Origin: an uncultured Planctomycetota bacterium
GTDB lineage: Bacteria > Planctomycetota > Planctomycetia > Isosphaerales > Isosphaeraceae
Assembly: GCA_963758025.1 (NCBI GenBank)
Contig: CAVWUA010000012.1
Coordinates: forward strand, 53,407 to 117,406
Length of the DNA: 64,000 nucleotides
Reading direction: 5' to 3'
Shown here: positions 23,094 through 33,583 of the stretch, piece after piece
Layout of the letters: every line of letters begins with the position of its first letter
How positions within the stretch are numbered: position 1 is the first letter of the stretch
Translations under genes and position numbers: made by a program
Notes under the pieces: model-generated
What the model saw: the letters and a program-made list of their open reading frames with translations, nothing else
Told to the model about the DNA's origin: nothing
Database searches by the model: none

Positions 23094-23646
23094 GATCTCT
23101 TTCTTGACTTGTCAATGGGCGGATTGATTCGTAATGCCCCACGGCCCTGATGATTTCCCAGTGGGTGGGCCAAGTTCACCGCACCGCGCGGTTAACCGAG
23201 GGAGCATTGGTCTGTGTGCCTTGAGTTATCAGAACCCAGGTCTCATTTCATGGAGAATCGCACAATTCAGATCGCCGAGCAAGCATGGACTGGGATTTTC
23301 CGGAAGGTATCGATTCTTTTGAATCTGGCAGTAGGGGGGGCGGGCGGCCGACCTTGCGAGAGAATGACGATCAGCCTCGGGGGCCGCAATCCCGCGTTCG
23401 GCGGTCATGGTGTCGGGGACCAATGATTATCCAATCCTCTAATCGAAAAACCCTCTTAAAGAAGCGTCAGAATGAGAGAAAAAGGGCGAAAAAAACGGAA
23501 GAGAACCCCGAGCATCCGCTTCATGGCTTCAATTTCAGAGTAGGGAAAATCCCCAACGCGGGTACCCAGAACAGTTTGGTGTCCCGGTTGCGCAGCGACA
23601 AGAAAGGAGACTCCTCGGCGCTCTGATGTCTGCCAAAACGGCAGGT

Positions 23647-23832
23647 GGGTTCGTTCGGCGCAGGAGTCTTAAGTTCCTTCGGCACAAAAGGTTTGGGTTC
23701 GGTCGGCGCGATGGTCCTTGGGTTCGGTCGGCGCGATGGTCCTTGGGTTCGGTCGGCGCAACAGGTTTGGGTTCGGTCGTGCGCAACAGGTTTGGGTTCG
23801 GTCGGCGCAACAGGTTTGGGTTCGGTCGGCGC
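23647..23832. repeat. Tandem array of 7 copies of the 15-nt motif GGGTTCGGTCGGCGC with 10-11-nt spacers (period 25-26 bp)
   Basis: Copies sit at 23647, 23695, 23720, 23745, 23769, 23794 and 23818. Spacers recur (gatggtccttg x2, aacaggtttg x3), so this is not CRISPR-like. Confidence 0.85.
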
Positions 23833-24184
23833 GGGAATGGTCCCGTCGAGCGCGGATTTTTCACGATGGGGATTGTCAAAGAACCGCAGGCGCACGGCGG
23901 CACTCTTGAGAAGGATCGTTGCGTTGCTTCGCGCGATTCACCGGCTCTTGAGAAAAAATCCGAGATTCCTCGGCGATCTTCACCCTGAATCGCCAGGACT
24001 CACGACGTAAAAAATCGCCCTTTCCTCGTTTCCACTCTCTGCGGGGGAACGGGGGTGGATTCCACGGGTGGAGATGGGGGAGGAGTCTTACAAAAAGTAA
24101 CGGAATCTTCTTTACTTACCCATCAACCATGCGTGGATCAGCCCGGGGCTGTCCCGGAACTCGCCGGCTCGTTTTGGTGTGATT

Positions 24185-26469
24185 TCAGAGCAGGCTGACC
24201 GGATCGACATCCACGGCCAGTTCGACGCCGTGGGGTGGGGCGACCGTGGGCAGGACCGCGCGCAGCAGGGTTTGCAAGGGACGCGGGCTGGGGGCGCGGA
24301 GCTGGAGGTGGAAGCGAAACAGGTGCTTGATCTTCGCCACCGGCGCGGGGGCCGGGCCGAGCAGCCGGACCGATTTCTCGGCATGCTCGGTGAGCGTCCC
24401 GGCCAGCTCGTCGAGGAAGCGCTGGACGACGGTTTCGTCCGGTCCTCGGGCGATCAGTCGCACGAGGCGTCCGAACGGCGGCACGCCCCGGATTTCGCGC
24501 TCGGGCAGCTCTCCGGCGACGAAGCCGAGGTAATCGTGCTTCGCGGCGTGCTGGATCGCCGGGGCCTCCGGGCAGTACGTCTGCACGATCACCCGCCCCG
24601 GGCGCTCCCCCCGCCCGGTGCGGCCGGCAACCTGCGCGACGAGCTGGAACGTCCGCTCCGCCGCGCGGAAGTCGGGCAGGTGCAACGACGTGTCGGCGCT
24701 GACGACCCCGACGAGGGTCACGTTCGGGAAGTCCAGCCCCTTGGCGATCATCTGCGTGCCCAGCAGGATATCGACCTGGCCGGTCTTGAACGCGGAGAGG
24801 ACCTTCTCATGACTGCCGGGGGAGCGCATGGTGTCGGAATCCATGCGCCGGATGACGCGGTCGGGGAACGCCGCGCGGACTTCGCGCTCCAGCCGCTCGG
24901 TGCCGATGCCGCCGTAGTGCAGGCCCGAGCCGTTGCACGACGGGCAGAACGACGGCGGATCGCGCTCGGCGTCGCACGTGTGGCAGATCGCCCGCTGCCG
25001 CCCTTTGTGGTGGGTCAGGGCGACATCGCAGGCGTCGCACTTCAGGACGTAGCCGCACTTCGGGCAGAGGATGAACGTGTGGAACCCCCGGCGGTTCAAG
25101 AGCAGGATCACCTGCCCGCCGTCGTCGAGGGCCTCGGTCATCGTGCGCCGCAAGGGGCCGGAGAGGCCGCCGACGGGATTGCCCGGCGAGGGCTTCTCGT
25201 GCCGCTGGTCGATGATCTCGACCGCGCGGCATCGGGCGGTCGGCCACGCGCTTCGAGAGGGTCAGCCGGGTGTAGCGCCCGGCCTCGCAGTTTCGCCAGG
25301 TTTCCAGCGCCGGGGTGGCCGAGCCGAGGATCACGGACACGCCTTCGAGCTGCGCCCGCTTCACGGCGACATCGCGCGCGTGGTAGCGCGGGGCGGTCGC
25401 CTGCTTGAACGTTGATTCGTGCTCCTCGTCGATCACGATCAGCCCGAGCCGCCGCGTCGGGGCGAAGACCGCCGAACGCGCGCCGACGACCACCTGGATC
25501 TCTCCCCCGGCGATCGCCCTCCAGTGCCGGTGCCGCTCGGCGTCGCTGAGGTGGCTGTGCAGGACGGCGACCTTCGGAAAGCGCCGGCGGAACCGGCGGA
25601 TCGTCTGCGGCGTCAGGCTGATCTCGGGGACCAGCACGATCGCCTCGCGTTCCCGGGCCACCACGTGCTCGATGGCGCTGAGGTACACCTCGGTCTTGCC
25701 GCTGCCGGTGACGCCGTGTAACAGGAACGCGGCGAAGCCGTCGCCATCCAGGGCGGGCGTCAGGCCGTCGAGCACCGCGCGCTGCTCGGCGGTCAGGACG
25801 AGCGGCGTCACGGGAAGGCTCCGGCGCGGCCTCCTCCGGGGCGATCGGGCGATCCATGCGCCGCTTGACCGCGCGGACCAGTCCTCGCTTGCGCAGGGAG
25901 GAGATCGGGGCAGTCGTGCACTTGGTCAGCCGGCAGACATCCGAGACGGTCAAGGGCTCGGTCGAGCGAAAGAGCAAGGCGAGGGCCTCCGCCTGCTTCG
26001 AGGGGAGGTCCGACGGAATGCCCCGGTGGAGCACTTCCGGAGGCACGACCAGGCAGGTGCGGATCTGCGTCCCCGCCCCCTTCTTGACCCCCGCCGGCAC
26101 CACCGCGTCGAGCGCCTGGCCCCACGAGCAGGCGTAATACCCGCCCATCCAGCGGGTCAGGTCCAGCATCCGATCGTCGATCAAGGGGGGCTCGTCGAGT
26201 ACGTCGAGCAGGTCCTTGACCCGCTCCGGGTCGAACCCGTCGTCCGGCGGCGCGGCGTCCAGGCGGACGCAGTAGCCGACCGCCGGGTTGTTGCCGCGTC
26301 CCAGCGGCACGCGCACCCGCGACCCGATCGCCAGCCGCCCCGCCAGCCGCGCCGGGACCCGGTACGTGAAGACCTGATCGACCGGCCGGTTCAGCACCAC
26401 CCCGGCGAACGGCCCCTCAGCCTCCGCCGCGAACAGCCCAGCCTGGCGATTTCCGTTGACAGCGCTCAT
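24185..26469 (-). CDS. priA: Primosomal protein N' (replication restart helicase PriA), split by two frameshifts (~25815-25825 and ~25225-25245)
   Basis: Three consecutive overlapping minus ORFs carry the PriA N-terminus (26469..), the helicase core with Walker A LLHGVTGSGKTEVYL and VIDEEHE (25811..), and the C-terminus with Cys4 zinc fingers CPKCGYVLKCDACD...CHTCD...CPSCNG (..24185). Confidence 0.85.
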
Positions 26470-26695
26470 CCCGTGGCCCTATCGTCGGAATCCGTTAAGG
26501 GGAAGGGGATAACAGGCGGAGTCATGTGATCGATGGCTGACGGGTGAGCGGAACACGACCGGCCGATCCAGCCTCCCTCATCCTCACGGGGATTGGTGCC
26601 AAGCCCCCCAACCTCCCCGAATCACACTCGATTATTGCACGTCTGTCCACTCGCGACCACACGAATTCCCCGATTCTAGAAAGAGACCCAAGGCA

Positions 26696-27295
26696 ATGCG
26701 ACTGGGCCTGTTCGGCGGGACGTTCGACCCGATCCACCTGGGGCACCTGATTCTGGCCGAGGCGTGCCGCGAGGCGTGCCGGCTGGACCGGGTCTGGTTC
26801 GTCGTGGCGGGGATGCCGCCGCACAAGCGAGGGGAGCGGACCCCGGTGGCCGACCGCCTGGAGATGGCCCGTATCGCCACGGCGGGGCACCCGGCGTTCG
26901 AGGTCTCGGAGATCGAGTCGCGGACCGACGGGCCGAGTTACAGCGTCCTGACGCTGGAGGCGATCCGCCGCGAGCGTCCCGAGGATGAGCTGTTCTTCCT
27001 CATCGGCGCCGATAGCCTGGTGGACCTGCCGACCTGGCGGGAGCCGGAGCGGATCGCCGCCCTGGCGACGATCGTCGTCGTGAACCGCCCGGGGATCGAC
27101 CCGCCCGCGATCCCGCCGGACCTCGGCCCCGACGCCCGGCCGTTCCTGACCGTGAACGTCCCCCCGATCGGCATCGCCTCGACCGACCTGCGCCGGCGGG
27201 TCGCCGAGGGGCGGAGCATCCGGTATCAGGTCCCGCGCGGGGTTGAGGCATACATCGCCGAGCAGGAATTGTATCGGCCGAGGGCTTCTTCCTGA
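26696..27295 (+). CDS. nadD: Nicotinate-nucleotide adenylyltransferase
   Basis: MRLGLFGGTFDPIHLGHL (HxGH-type nucleotidyltransferase motif), 199 aa, NadD-like throughout. Confidence 0.85.
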   Translation: MRLGLFGGTFDPIHLGHLILAEACREACRLDRVWFVVAGMPPHKRGERTPVADRLEMARIATAGHPAFEVSEIESRTDGPSYSVLTLEAIRRERPEDELFFLIGADSLVDLPTWREPERIAALATIVVVNRPGIDPPAIPPDLGPDARPFLTVNVPPIGIASTDLRRRVAEGRSIRYQVPRGVEAYIAEQELYRPRASS

Positions 27296-27555
27296 TCCTC
27301 ATCTCTCGAAGACCGTGCCGTCTCCCGGCTCTCATCCCGTCGCGCAGTCCCGATGATTGCCCCAGTCCGCGCCAGGTCCGACCGTCCCCCCGAAACGCGG
27401 GGTTTACCCCATTGTAACCATCTTCGCGTCGCGGCCTTCCGGCTTTCGGGAACCTTCCGAGGGACTCATCCCGACCCGCCATGCCGGCCGATACGAAAGG
27501 GTGTCGGGTAGGGGTTCTCGCAATTGTTGGAAATAGACCGGGAGGGCGGCGGACA

Positions 27556-28342
27556 ATGGCTCAGGCCCCCAGCACACAGACGCCGAGGTCGGTTGAGGAT
27601 GAGAACGAGGCCCTGCGCCGGCAGGTCACGGAGCTGCAACGGATCAGCAGCCTCGGCGTCCTGGCCGGGGGCGTCTGCCATGAGTTGAATAACGCCCTGA
27701 CGCCGGTGGTGAATTACGCGAAGCTCGCGCTTGAGAAATCCCGACCCGAAATTCCGTCAAAAGGCCCTGGAAAAGATTCAGGAATCGGCCGAGCGGGCCA
27801 TGGCGATTGCCGGGGGGATGCTCGGCCTGGCCCGGCCGGGGGTCGATCGCCGCGTGCCGACCGACCTGGTCCGGCTGGTCGAGGAGGTGCTCTTGCTCGC
27901 CGGCAAGGACCTCCAGAAGCACCGGGTTCGGGTCGAGTTCCGGCCGACCGGCCACCCGCATGCGAGGGTCAACCCCGCGCAGATCCAGCAGGTGCTCCTG
28001 AACCTGATCATCAACGCCCGCCAGGCGATGCCCGAGGGGGGCCTCTTGCGGATCAAGGTCGGGCTGAACCCCAACGGCCGGCTCGCCGAGGTGAGCGTGG
28101 CCGACACCGGGGTCGGGATCGCGTCGGCCGACCTGCGGCGGATCTTCGAGCCGTTCTTCACCACGAAGACCGGCCCCGATGACTCGGGCCTGGGGGGCAC
28201 CGGCCTGGGCCTGCCGGTCTGCCGCGACATCGTCGAATCCCATCGCGGCCGCCTCCGCGCCGAGAGCCGACCCGGCCAGGGGACCACCTTCACCCTGCGC
28301 CTGCCCTCCTGTCCCGCTCCCGTGCAGCAAGGGGCCGCTTGA
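27556..28342 (+). CDS. Soluble sensor histidine kinase (HisKA plus HATPase_c); frameshift at the A-run near 27736; alternative upstream start 27481
   Basis: H-box LAGGVCHELNNALTPVVNYAKLALE is in frame 1. The ORF at 27731..28342 continues NPDPKFRQKALEKIQE...N-box LLNLIINARQAM...DTGVGI...GTGLGL. Confidence 0.75.
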
Positions 28343-28671
28343 AGGGATTGCGCGAGTTTCCCGCCAGGTCGATCCGCTCGCGTAAGAAAACCACGCAAGA
28401 CCTGAGGCCGGGCCACGCCCGGCCTTTTCTCGTTGCGGGTCAATCCGTGCGGCGCATTCAGGTGTAGGGAGGACGACGCAATCCCCGGAGTTCCCGTTTC
28501 TCCGGAGGGCCGGCCGCTCGTCTTTCCCGCGTCGAGAGGTCGAAGTCAGATATTGCGACTTCGGCGTTCGTGGACACGTCCGCGAAGCCCGTCGAACAAC
28601 TGCGCATTCCAGCGAGGTGAGACCCCCGATTTCCGCGAATCGACAATCCGCCTACTCCTCTACACGAGCCC

Positions 28672-28773
28672 GCTGATGCGTTCCGGTTCTCCTTTTCCCG
28701 GAGCGCGGCCGCCCGGCCGCCCCGGCATTGCGGCCGGGACGGCCGCGCTCCAGAAACCAGAAGGCATCAACGG
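28672..28773. repeat. Palindromic ~104-bp MITE/REP-like element, copy A, overlapping the 3' end of the HTH regulator gene
   Basis: Copy A is about 95% identical to the reverse complement of copy B (35114..35217). It has terminal inverted repeats gctgatgc/gcatcagc and a central near-perfect stem ggagcgcggccg(t)cccggccgcc / ggcggccgggacggccgcgctcc. Confidence 0.8.
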
Positions 28774-29144
28774 GTTCGTGGGTCAGGATCGAGGAGTTCC
28801 AGCAGCGTGCGGATCTCGCGATGGGCCACGAACGGATGGCGCATCGGCTGCTCGGTGTGGACCTCGTACCGATTGCGCCGCCCGATGCGCGTGCACGTCA
28901 CGTAGCCTTCCTCCACCAGGTCGCGAAGGATCAGTTGCACCATCCGTTCCGTGAGGCCGATCTGGGTCGCGACATCGCGGATTCGCAGGTCGGGCGAGCG
29001 CCCGAGGCACAGGAGGACCTGGGCGTGACTGCTCAAAAAGGCCCATCGCCTGCCGCCGTCGGCGGGCGGGGAGTTCTCGCCCCCCCCGGAATCGGGGCTG
29101 TCGGTGTTGCTTTTTCGCACAGGTCTTGTCATGGTCAAAATCAC
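28767..29144 (-). CDS. Winged-helix HTH transcriptional regulator (small, 125 aa)
   Basis: AQVLLCLGRSPDLRIRDVATQIGLTERMVQLILRDLVEEGYV is a typical HTH recognition region. The gene is divergent from the PEP-CTERM gene 29232..30449. Confidence 0.55.
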   Translation of the reverse strand: MILTMTRPVRKSNTDSPDSGGGENSPPADGGRRWAFLSSHAQVLLCLGRSPDLRIRDVATQIGLTERMVQLILRDLVEEGYVTCTRIGRRNRYEVHTEQPMRHPFVAHREIRTLLELLDPDPRTR

Positions 29145-29231
29145 GAAGTAAATTACGTCAATTGAATTTCGTATCAGTCCCGGGGTACGATCATGTTGCT
29201 CCGAGAGTTTTCCGTCAATGGAGGTTTTACA

Positions 29232-30449
29232 ATGACGTGGAATCGCGTACGACGGATTGTCCTCTCGGGACTGCTCGGCCTCTGGCTCGCATCCGGGCCG
29301 AGGCTGGCCTTCGCCGGCCTGATGATCACGGTCCCCGCCGGCGGGATACTCAACTATGGCAACGTTCTGGTCGGCAACACTGCCGGCGGGACCATCACCG
29401 CCAAGAATACCGGATCGGGGACGGCCACCGTCACCTTCAACAACCCCACGGCTTCCCCGCCCTTCGCGCGAGGGGGGACGGCGTCTCAGAGCGGCGTCGC
29501 TCTGAACGCGACGACCTCGCGGACCTATAGCTTCACGCCGAGCGTGCGCGGGTCGGCCACCACCTCGGCGAATGTCTCGATCTCCAACGGTGGGTCCGTC
29601 GGAGTGACCTTGACGGGGCGGGGGGTGGCCCCGGTCAACGCGGTCAGTTCGACCGGCGCGGGACCGACCCGCATTGGCACCCAGGGCGTTGCCACCGTCA
29701 TGGTCCAGAATGAGGGCGACGGCAATACAACCGCCGCCGGGGCTGCCGCTGGCAATTTACTCGGTACGCTCCAGGGGGCAACCGGGAGCAGCGACTTCGC
29801 CGGCCCGGCTGGGGTGACCATCGATCTCGGCGACGGCGGGAGTCAGGCGTTCGTCTATCTCTACACGCCCACGGGCCGCACGATGGATACGGCGACCGTG
29901 ATGGTGCAGTTTTCCAACGGCAGCGCCAACAGCCGGAACCAGGCCGAATCCGTCCTGGCCACGCTTGTCGGGCGGGGTGTCGGGCCGGACTTCCAGGCCT
30001 CGTCCGCGCCCGGCTCGATGCTCGACTTCGGCCTCGTCGATGCCGGCTCCGAGTCGCATCTCGCGTTCCAGGTTGGGAACGCGACGAGCGACCCGAACGG
30101 AGGGATCGCGTCGCTGACGGATCTGACCTTGCTCTCCGCAACGATTACCGGTCCCGATGCCGGGGCCTTCTCGCTCTCGGGCTTCTCGCCGGGCGGGGTC
30201 CTCGGCAAGGGGAGTGCCTCCCTCTTCGACCTGGTGTTTCGGCCCGGTCCGGGCGCGGGCTCTCGATTCGCGACCCTCACGCTGGTCACCGACCAGGGTG
30301 CCGCCCCGGGCGGAACGGGCCAGAGTTTCGATTTCGAGTTGATGGGCGTTTCCGCCGTGCCCGAGCCATCGACGCTGGTCTCCGGTGGCCTGGCGGCCCT
30401 GGCTGGGGTCGGCTACGGCTTGCTTCGCCGCAGGCATGCGGCGGTCTGA
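29232..30449 (+). CDS. PEP-CTERM sorting-domain protein (Gly/Thr/Ser-rich secreted)
   Basis: Signal MTWNRVRRIVLSGLLGLWLASGPRLAFA. C-terminus VPEPSTLVSGGLAALAGVGYGLLRRRHAAV. Confidence 0.8.
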   Translation: MTWNRVRRIVLSGLLGLWLASGPRLAFAGLMITVPAGGILNYGNVLVGNTAGGTITAKNTGSGTATVTFNNPTASPPFARGGTASQSGVALNATTSRTYSFTPSVRGSATTSANVSISNGGSVGVTLTGRGVAPVNAVSSTGAGPTRIGTQGVATVMVQNEGDGNTTAAGAAAGNLLGTLQGATGSSDFAGPAGVTIDLGDGGSQAFVYLYTPTGRTMDTATVMVQFSNGSANSRNQAESVLATLVGRGVGPDFQASSAPGSMLDFGLVDAGSESHLAFQVGNATSDPNGGIASLTDLTLLSATITGPDAGAFSLSGFSPGGVLGKGSASLFDLVFRPGPGAGSRFATLTLVTDQGAAPGGTGQSFDFELMGVSAVPEPSTLVSGGLAALAGVGYGLLRRRHAAV

Positions 30450-30767
30450 TACCCAAACTCGCTGATGCGATCTGTTCCCCTGGGGAACGGATGGGTGGCC
30501 GGAGTCTCGTCGGCGAGACCCCGGCGCCCTGCGCACAGACAGCGCCGGGGTCTCGCGGAGAAGCCCCAGCCATCCGACGCCTCTCCTTTCCATCGAAGAA
30601 GGAGAAGGCGTCGGTTCGCGCGCGTTGCGCGGGTTTTGAGGGTCGCCCCGCCTCGGTCTTCCGGGAAAAATGGAGGGGCCGTGGATTTTTCTTGCGAATA
30701 TCAACCGGTTTCGGGGGAATAGATACGTGAAAATCGCCACGAGGATGGTCCGAAGGGGGCTCAAGGG

Positions 30768-31470
30768 ATGTACACGCTCTTTCTGGTCTGCACGATCGTC
30801 GGTGGGACGGTCCTGCTGCTGCAAGTGGGCCTGTCGTTGATGGGACTTGGGCTCGATCACGTGGCGGGACATTTCGGTGACTTCGGACACGGCGACCTGG
30901 GGAGCCACAGCGGCGACTTCGGCCACGGCGATGCCGGCGGCGACCTTGGCAACCATGGTGGCGACGCCGCCGGGCACGATGTCGGTGATACCGGCGGCGA
31001 CGGCAACAACCATCATCCGGGGCTGTCCCGGCTCGGCCGGTTGCTCACGTTCCAGACGATCCTGGCCTTCACGACCTTCTTCGGCGTCGGCGGGCTGGCC
31101 AGTCTGGAGTCCGGGCGAGGGCCGTTCGCCGCGGTGCCGATCGCGATGAGCACGGGCGTCATCTCGATGATCGTGCTCGGCTCCCTCTTCCATGCCCTCG
31201 GGCGTCTGCAAGGGGACGGCACGGTCCACATGGAGCGGGCCATTGGGGGCAAGGGGAGAGTTTACCTCCGCATCCCCGGCGACAACACCGGCGCCGGCAA
31301 GGTCACGCTGGTCGTTCAGGAGCGCACCGTCGAGGTCGAGGTGCGGCACCCCTGGGCCAGAACTGCGAACCGGCGAGGAGATCGTCGTCACCCGGATTCT
31401 CGACCCGCGCACCATCGAGGTCGTCGCCGCGGCCAGCTACGTCGCCAAGCCGGTCCCGCTGTACGAGTGA
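30768..31470 (+). CDS. NfeD/YqiJ-like membrane protein with His/Asp/Gly-rich N-terminal repeats and C-terminal OB-fold; frameshift near 31340-31360
   Basis: N-terminal TM helix, then HFGDFGHGDLGSHSGDFGHGDAGGDLGNHGGDAAGHDVGD, then more TM helices, then GKGRVYLRIPGDNTGAGKVTLVVQERTVEVEV. The OB-fold end GEEIVVTRILDPRTIEVVAAASYVAKPVPLYE is in the neighbouring frame (ORF 31192..31470). Confidence 0.6.
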
Positions 31471-31535
31471 GTGACCGGCGCGACTCGCGTCAAAATATCT
31501 TCAAGAGCACAAGACTCCAACGCGGGAGATTCTCA

Positions 31536-33233
31536 ATGAATGGTCCGTTCCTGTTCGCGCAGTCGGCGAACGATCTCATCGAAGGCGGCAGCAATGGGTT
31601 CTGGTGGATGGTCGGCGCGTTCCTGTTCGCCGTGGCCCTCTTCAGCATTCTGATGACGGCCCTGAAGTGCTACAAGCGTTGTCCGTCGAACAAGATCCTG
31701 GTCAAGTGGGGCGTGAAGACCGGCAACCGCTCGGCCAAGTGCGTCCACGGCGGCGGCGAGCTGGTCTTCCCGATCTTTCAGGATTACGACTACCTGAGCC
31801 TGGAGCCGATCCAGATCGAGATCCCCCTGCGCGGGGCGTTGTCCTTCGAGAACATCCGGGTGAACGTGCCGAGCGTCTTCACCGTCGCCATCGGCAGCGA
31901 CCCGGAGATCATGCAGAACGCCGCGATCCGCCTGCTGGGCCTCTCCCGAGAGCAGATCAGCGGCCAGGCCAGCGACATCATCTTCGGCCAGCTCCGCCAG
32001 GTCATCGCCTCGATGGCCATCGACGAGATCAACCGCGACCGCGAGAAGTTCCTGGAGAACATCCAGAGCTCGCTCGAAGGGGAGCTGCGGAAGATCGGCC
32101 TGGTGCTCATCAACGTCAACATCACCGACCTGACCGACGACTCCGGCTACATCGACGCCATCGGCCGCAAGGCCGCCAGCACGGCGGTCAACCAGGCCGA
32201 GATCGACGTGGCCGAGCAGCAGAAACGCGGGGCGATCGGCATCGCCCTGGCCCAGCAGGAACGGTCGATCGAGGTCGCCAACGCCGAGAAGGCCCGCGAG
32301 ATCGGCACCAAGACCGCCGAGCGCGAGAAGGCCGTGCGGATCGCCGACCTTCAGCGCGAGGAGAAGACCGGCGTCGAAACCGCCCAGTTCCAGCAGCAGG
32401 CCGCCGTCAAGCTGGCCGAGCGCGACATGCGCATCAAGCTGGCCGACGCCGACGCCGAGGCGATCAAGGGAGAGAACGAGGCCAAGGCCAACGTCGCCGC
32501 GTCAAACGCCGACCTGGCGTTCAAGCAGGCCGAATCGTTCCAGCTCGGCGAGACCCGCAAGCGCGAGGCGACCGCCGCCGTGAACGAGGCGCAGTACCGC
32601 GCCGAGACGAAGGCCGCCCTGGCGATGGCCGAGAAGGTCGAGGCCGAGAAGCGGGCCGCCCTGGAGGCCGTCGCCAAGGCCGAGAAGGCCAAGGTGGTCG
32701 TCGACGCCGAGGCCGCCGCCGAACGCCGGCGGATCGAGGCCGAGGGCGAGGCCAAGGCGATCTTCGCCAAGCTCGAAGCCGAGGCCCGGGGCAACTACGA
32801 GATCCTCGCCAAGAAGGCCGAGGGCCTGCGCGAGCTGGTCTCCGCCTGCGGCACCGCCCAGGACGCCTTCCAGCTCCTGATGCTCGAACACATGGACAAA
32901 CTCTCCGAGACCGCCGCCCAGGCCATCTCGAACATCAAGTTCGACAAGATCATCGTCTGGGAAAACGGCGGAGGCGGCGGCAACGGCCGCGACGGCGTCG
33001 GCTCCACCGCCAACTTCCTCCAGAACATGGCCAAAACGCTCCCCCCGATGCTCCAGATCATGCAGGACATCGGCGGCGTGCAGATGCCCGAATACTTCGG
33101 CAAGATGGTCGAACCCGACGCCGAGAAACCCAGCCCCGCCAAGACCAACGGCGCCGCGACCACCACCGCCGCCAACGCCGCCGCCGATGTCCCCAGTCCC
33201 CCCCGCCGCTCGAAACGGGACGACTCGGCCTGA
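31536..33233 (+). CDS. Flotillin-like SPFH/band-7 protein (YqiK/FloT-like)
   Basis: N-terminal TM helix, SPFH domain (VFTVAIGSDPEIMQNAAIRLLG...INVNITDLTDDSGYIDAIGRKAA), and a long Ala/Glu-rich coiled coil. It lies 65 nt downstream of the NfeD-like gene; ATG at 31536. Confidence 0.8.
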   Translation: MNGPFLFAQSANDLIEGGSNGFWWMVGAFLFAVALFSILMTALKCYKRCPSNKILVKWGVKTGNRSAKCVHGGGELVFPIFQDYDYLSLEPIQIEIPLRGALSFENIRVNVPSVFTVAIGSDPEIMQNAAIRLLGLSREQISGQASDIIFGQLRQVIASMAIDEINRDREKFLENIQSSLEGELRKIGLVLINVNITDLTDDSGYIDAIGRKAASTAVNQAEIDVAEQQKRGAIGIALAQQERSIEVANAEKAREIGTKTAEREKAVRIADLQREEKTGVETAQFQQQAAVKLAERDMRIKLADADAEAIKGENEAKANVAASNADLAFKQAESFQLGETRKREATAAVNEAQYRAETKAALAMAEKVEAEKRAALEAVAKAEKAKVVVDAEAAAERRRIEAEGEAKAIFAKLEAEARGNYEILAKKAEGLRELVSACGTAQDAFQLLMLEHMDKLSETAAQAISNIKFDKIIVWENGGGGGNGRDGVGSTANFLQNMAKTLPPMLQIMQDIGGVQMPEYFGKMVEPDAEKPSPAKTNGAATTTAANAAADVPSPPRRSKRDDSA

Positions 33234-33268
33234 GCCGGGATCGTGCTCGTTGGAATACGGTCAGCCCC

Positions 33269-33297
33269 GCAGGGTGCGTCGCCGAGACGCACCCTGC
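33269..33297 (+). terminator. Terminator-like hairpin (12-bp perfect stem gcagggtgcgtc/gacgcaccctgc) 36 nt after the flotillin stop; no U-tract
   Basis: Perfect inverted repeat with a 5-nt loop, immediately 3' of a long operon. Confidence 0.35.
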
Positions 33298-33320
33298 CTT
33301 ACCAAGATGGCAGTAACGCA

Positions 33321-33380
33321 GGCTGGTCGTGACCCAGCCGCTGGGTGGTGGCGAAATAGGAGGCAGGGTCACGACCAGCC
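33321..33380. repeat. 15-bp perfect inverted repeat (ggctggtcgtgaccc ... gggtcacgaccagcc) with 30-nt loop
   Basis: Seen directly in the sequence; part of the hairpin-dense gene-free locus. Confidence 0.8.
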
Positions 33381-33583
33381 AACGGCACTGATAAATGACT
33401 ACACATCCATCTTCTTCGACCTGATCTCGTCGAGCCATTCGATGAAATCGGAGATCCGCTCCTCAACATCATCCTCGTCCCAATCCCCCTTCAGCGGGTG
33501 GCCTGGGGTCCGGCTTCGGAGGCGGGACGCTCCGGCCCCGCATCGACGCAACCCTTTGCCGTCTTGCCCCTTTCGGATCGCCT

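Noticed and set aside
23647-23832. Possible CRISPR array (short direct repeats with spacers)
   Set aside because: The repeat is only 15 nt and the spacers are 10-11 nt and not unique (two spacer sequences reused); no cas genes nearby. It is a tandem repeat, not CRISPR.
23640-23840. tRNA-like TpsiC arm (GGTTCG...) in the repeated motif
   Set aside because: No acceptor, D or anticodon stems can be formed; the motif is iterated at a 25-bp period, incompatible with a tRNA.
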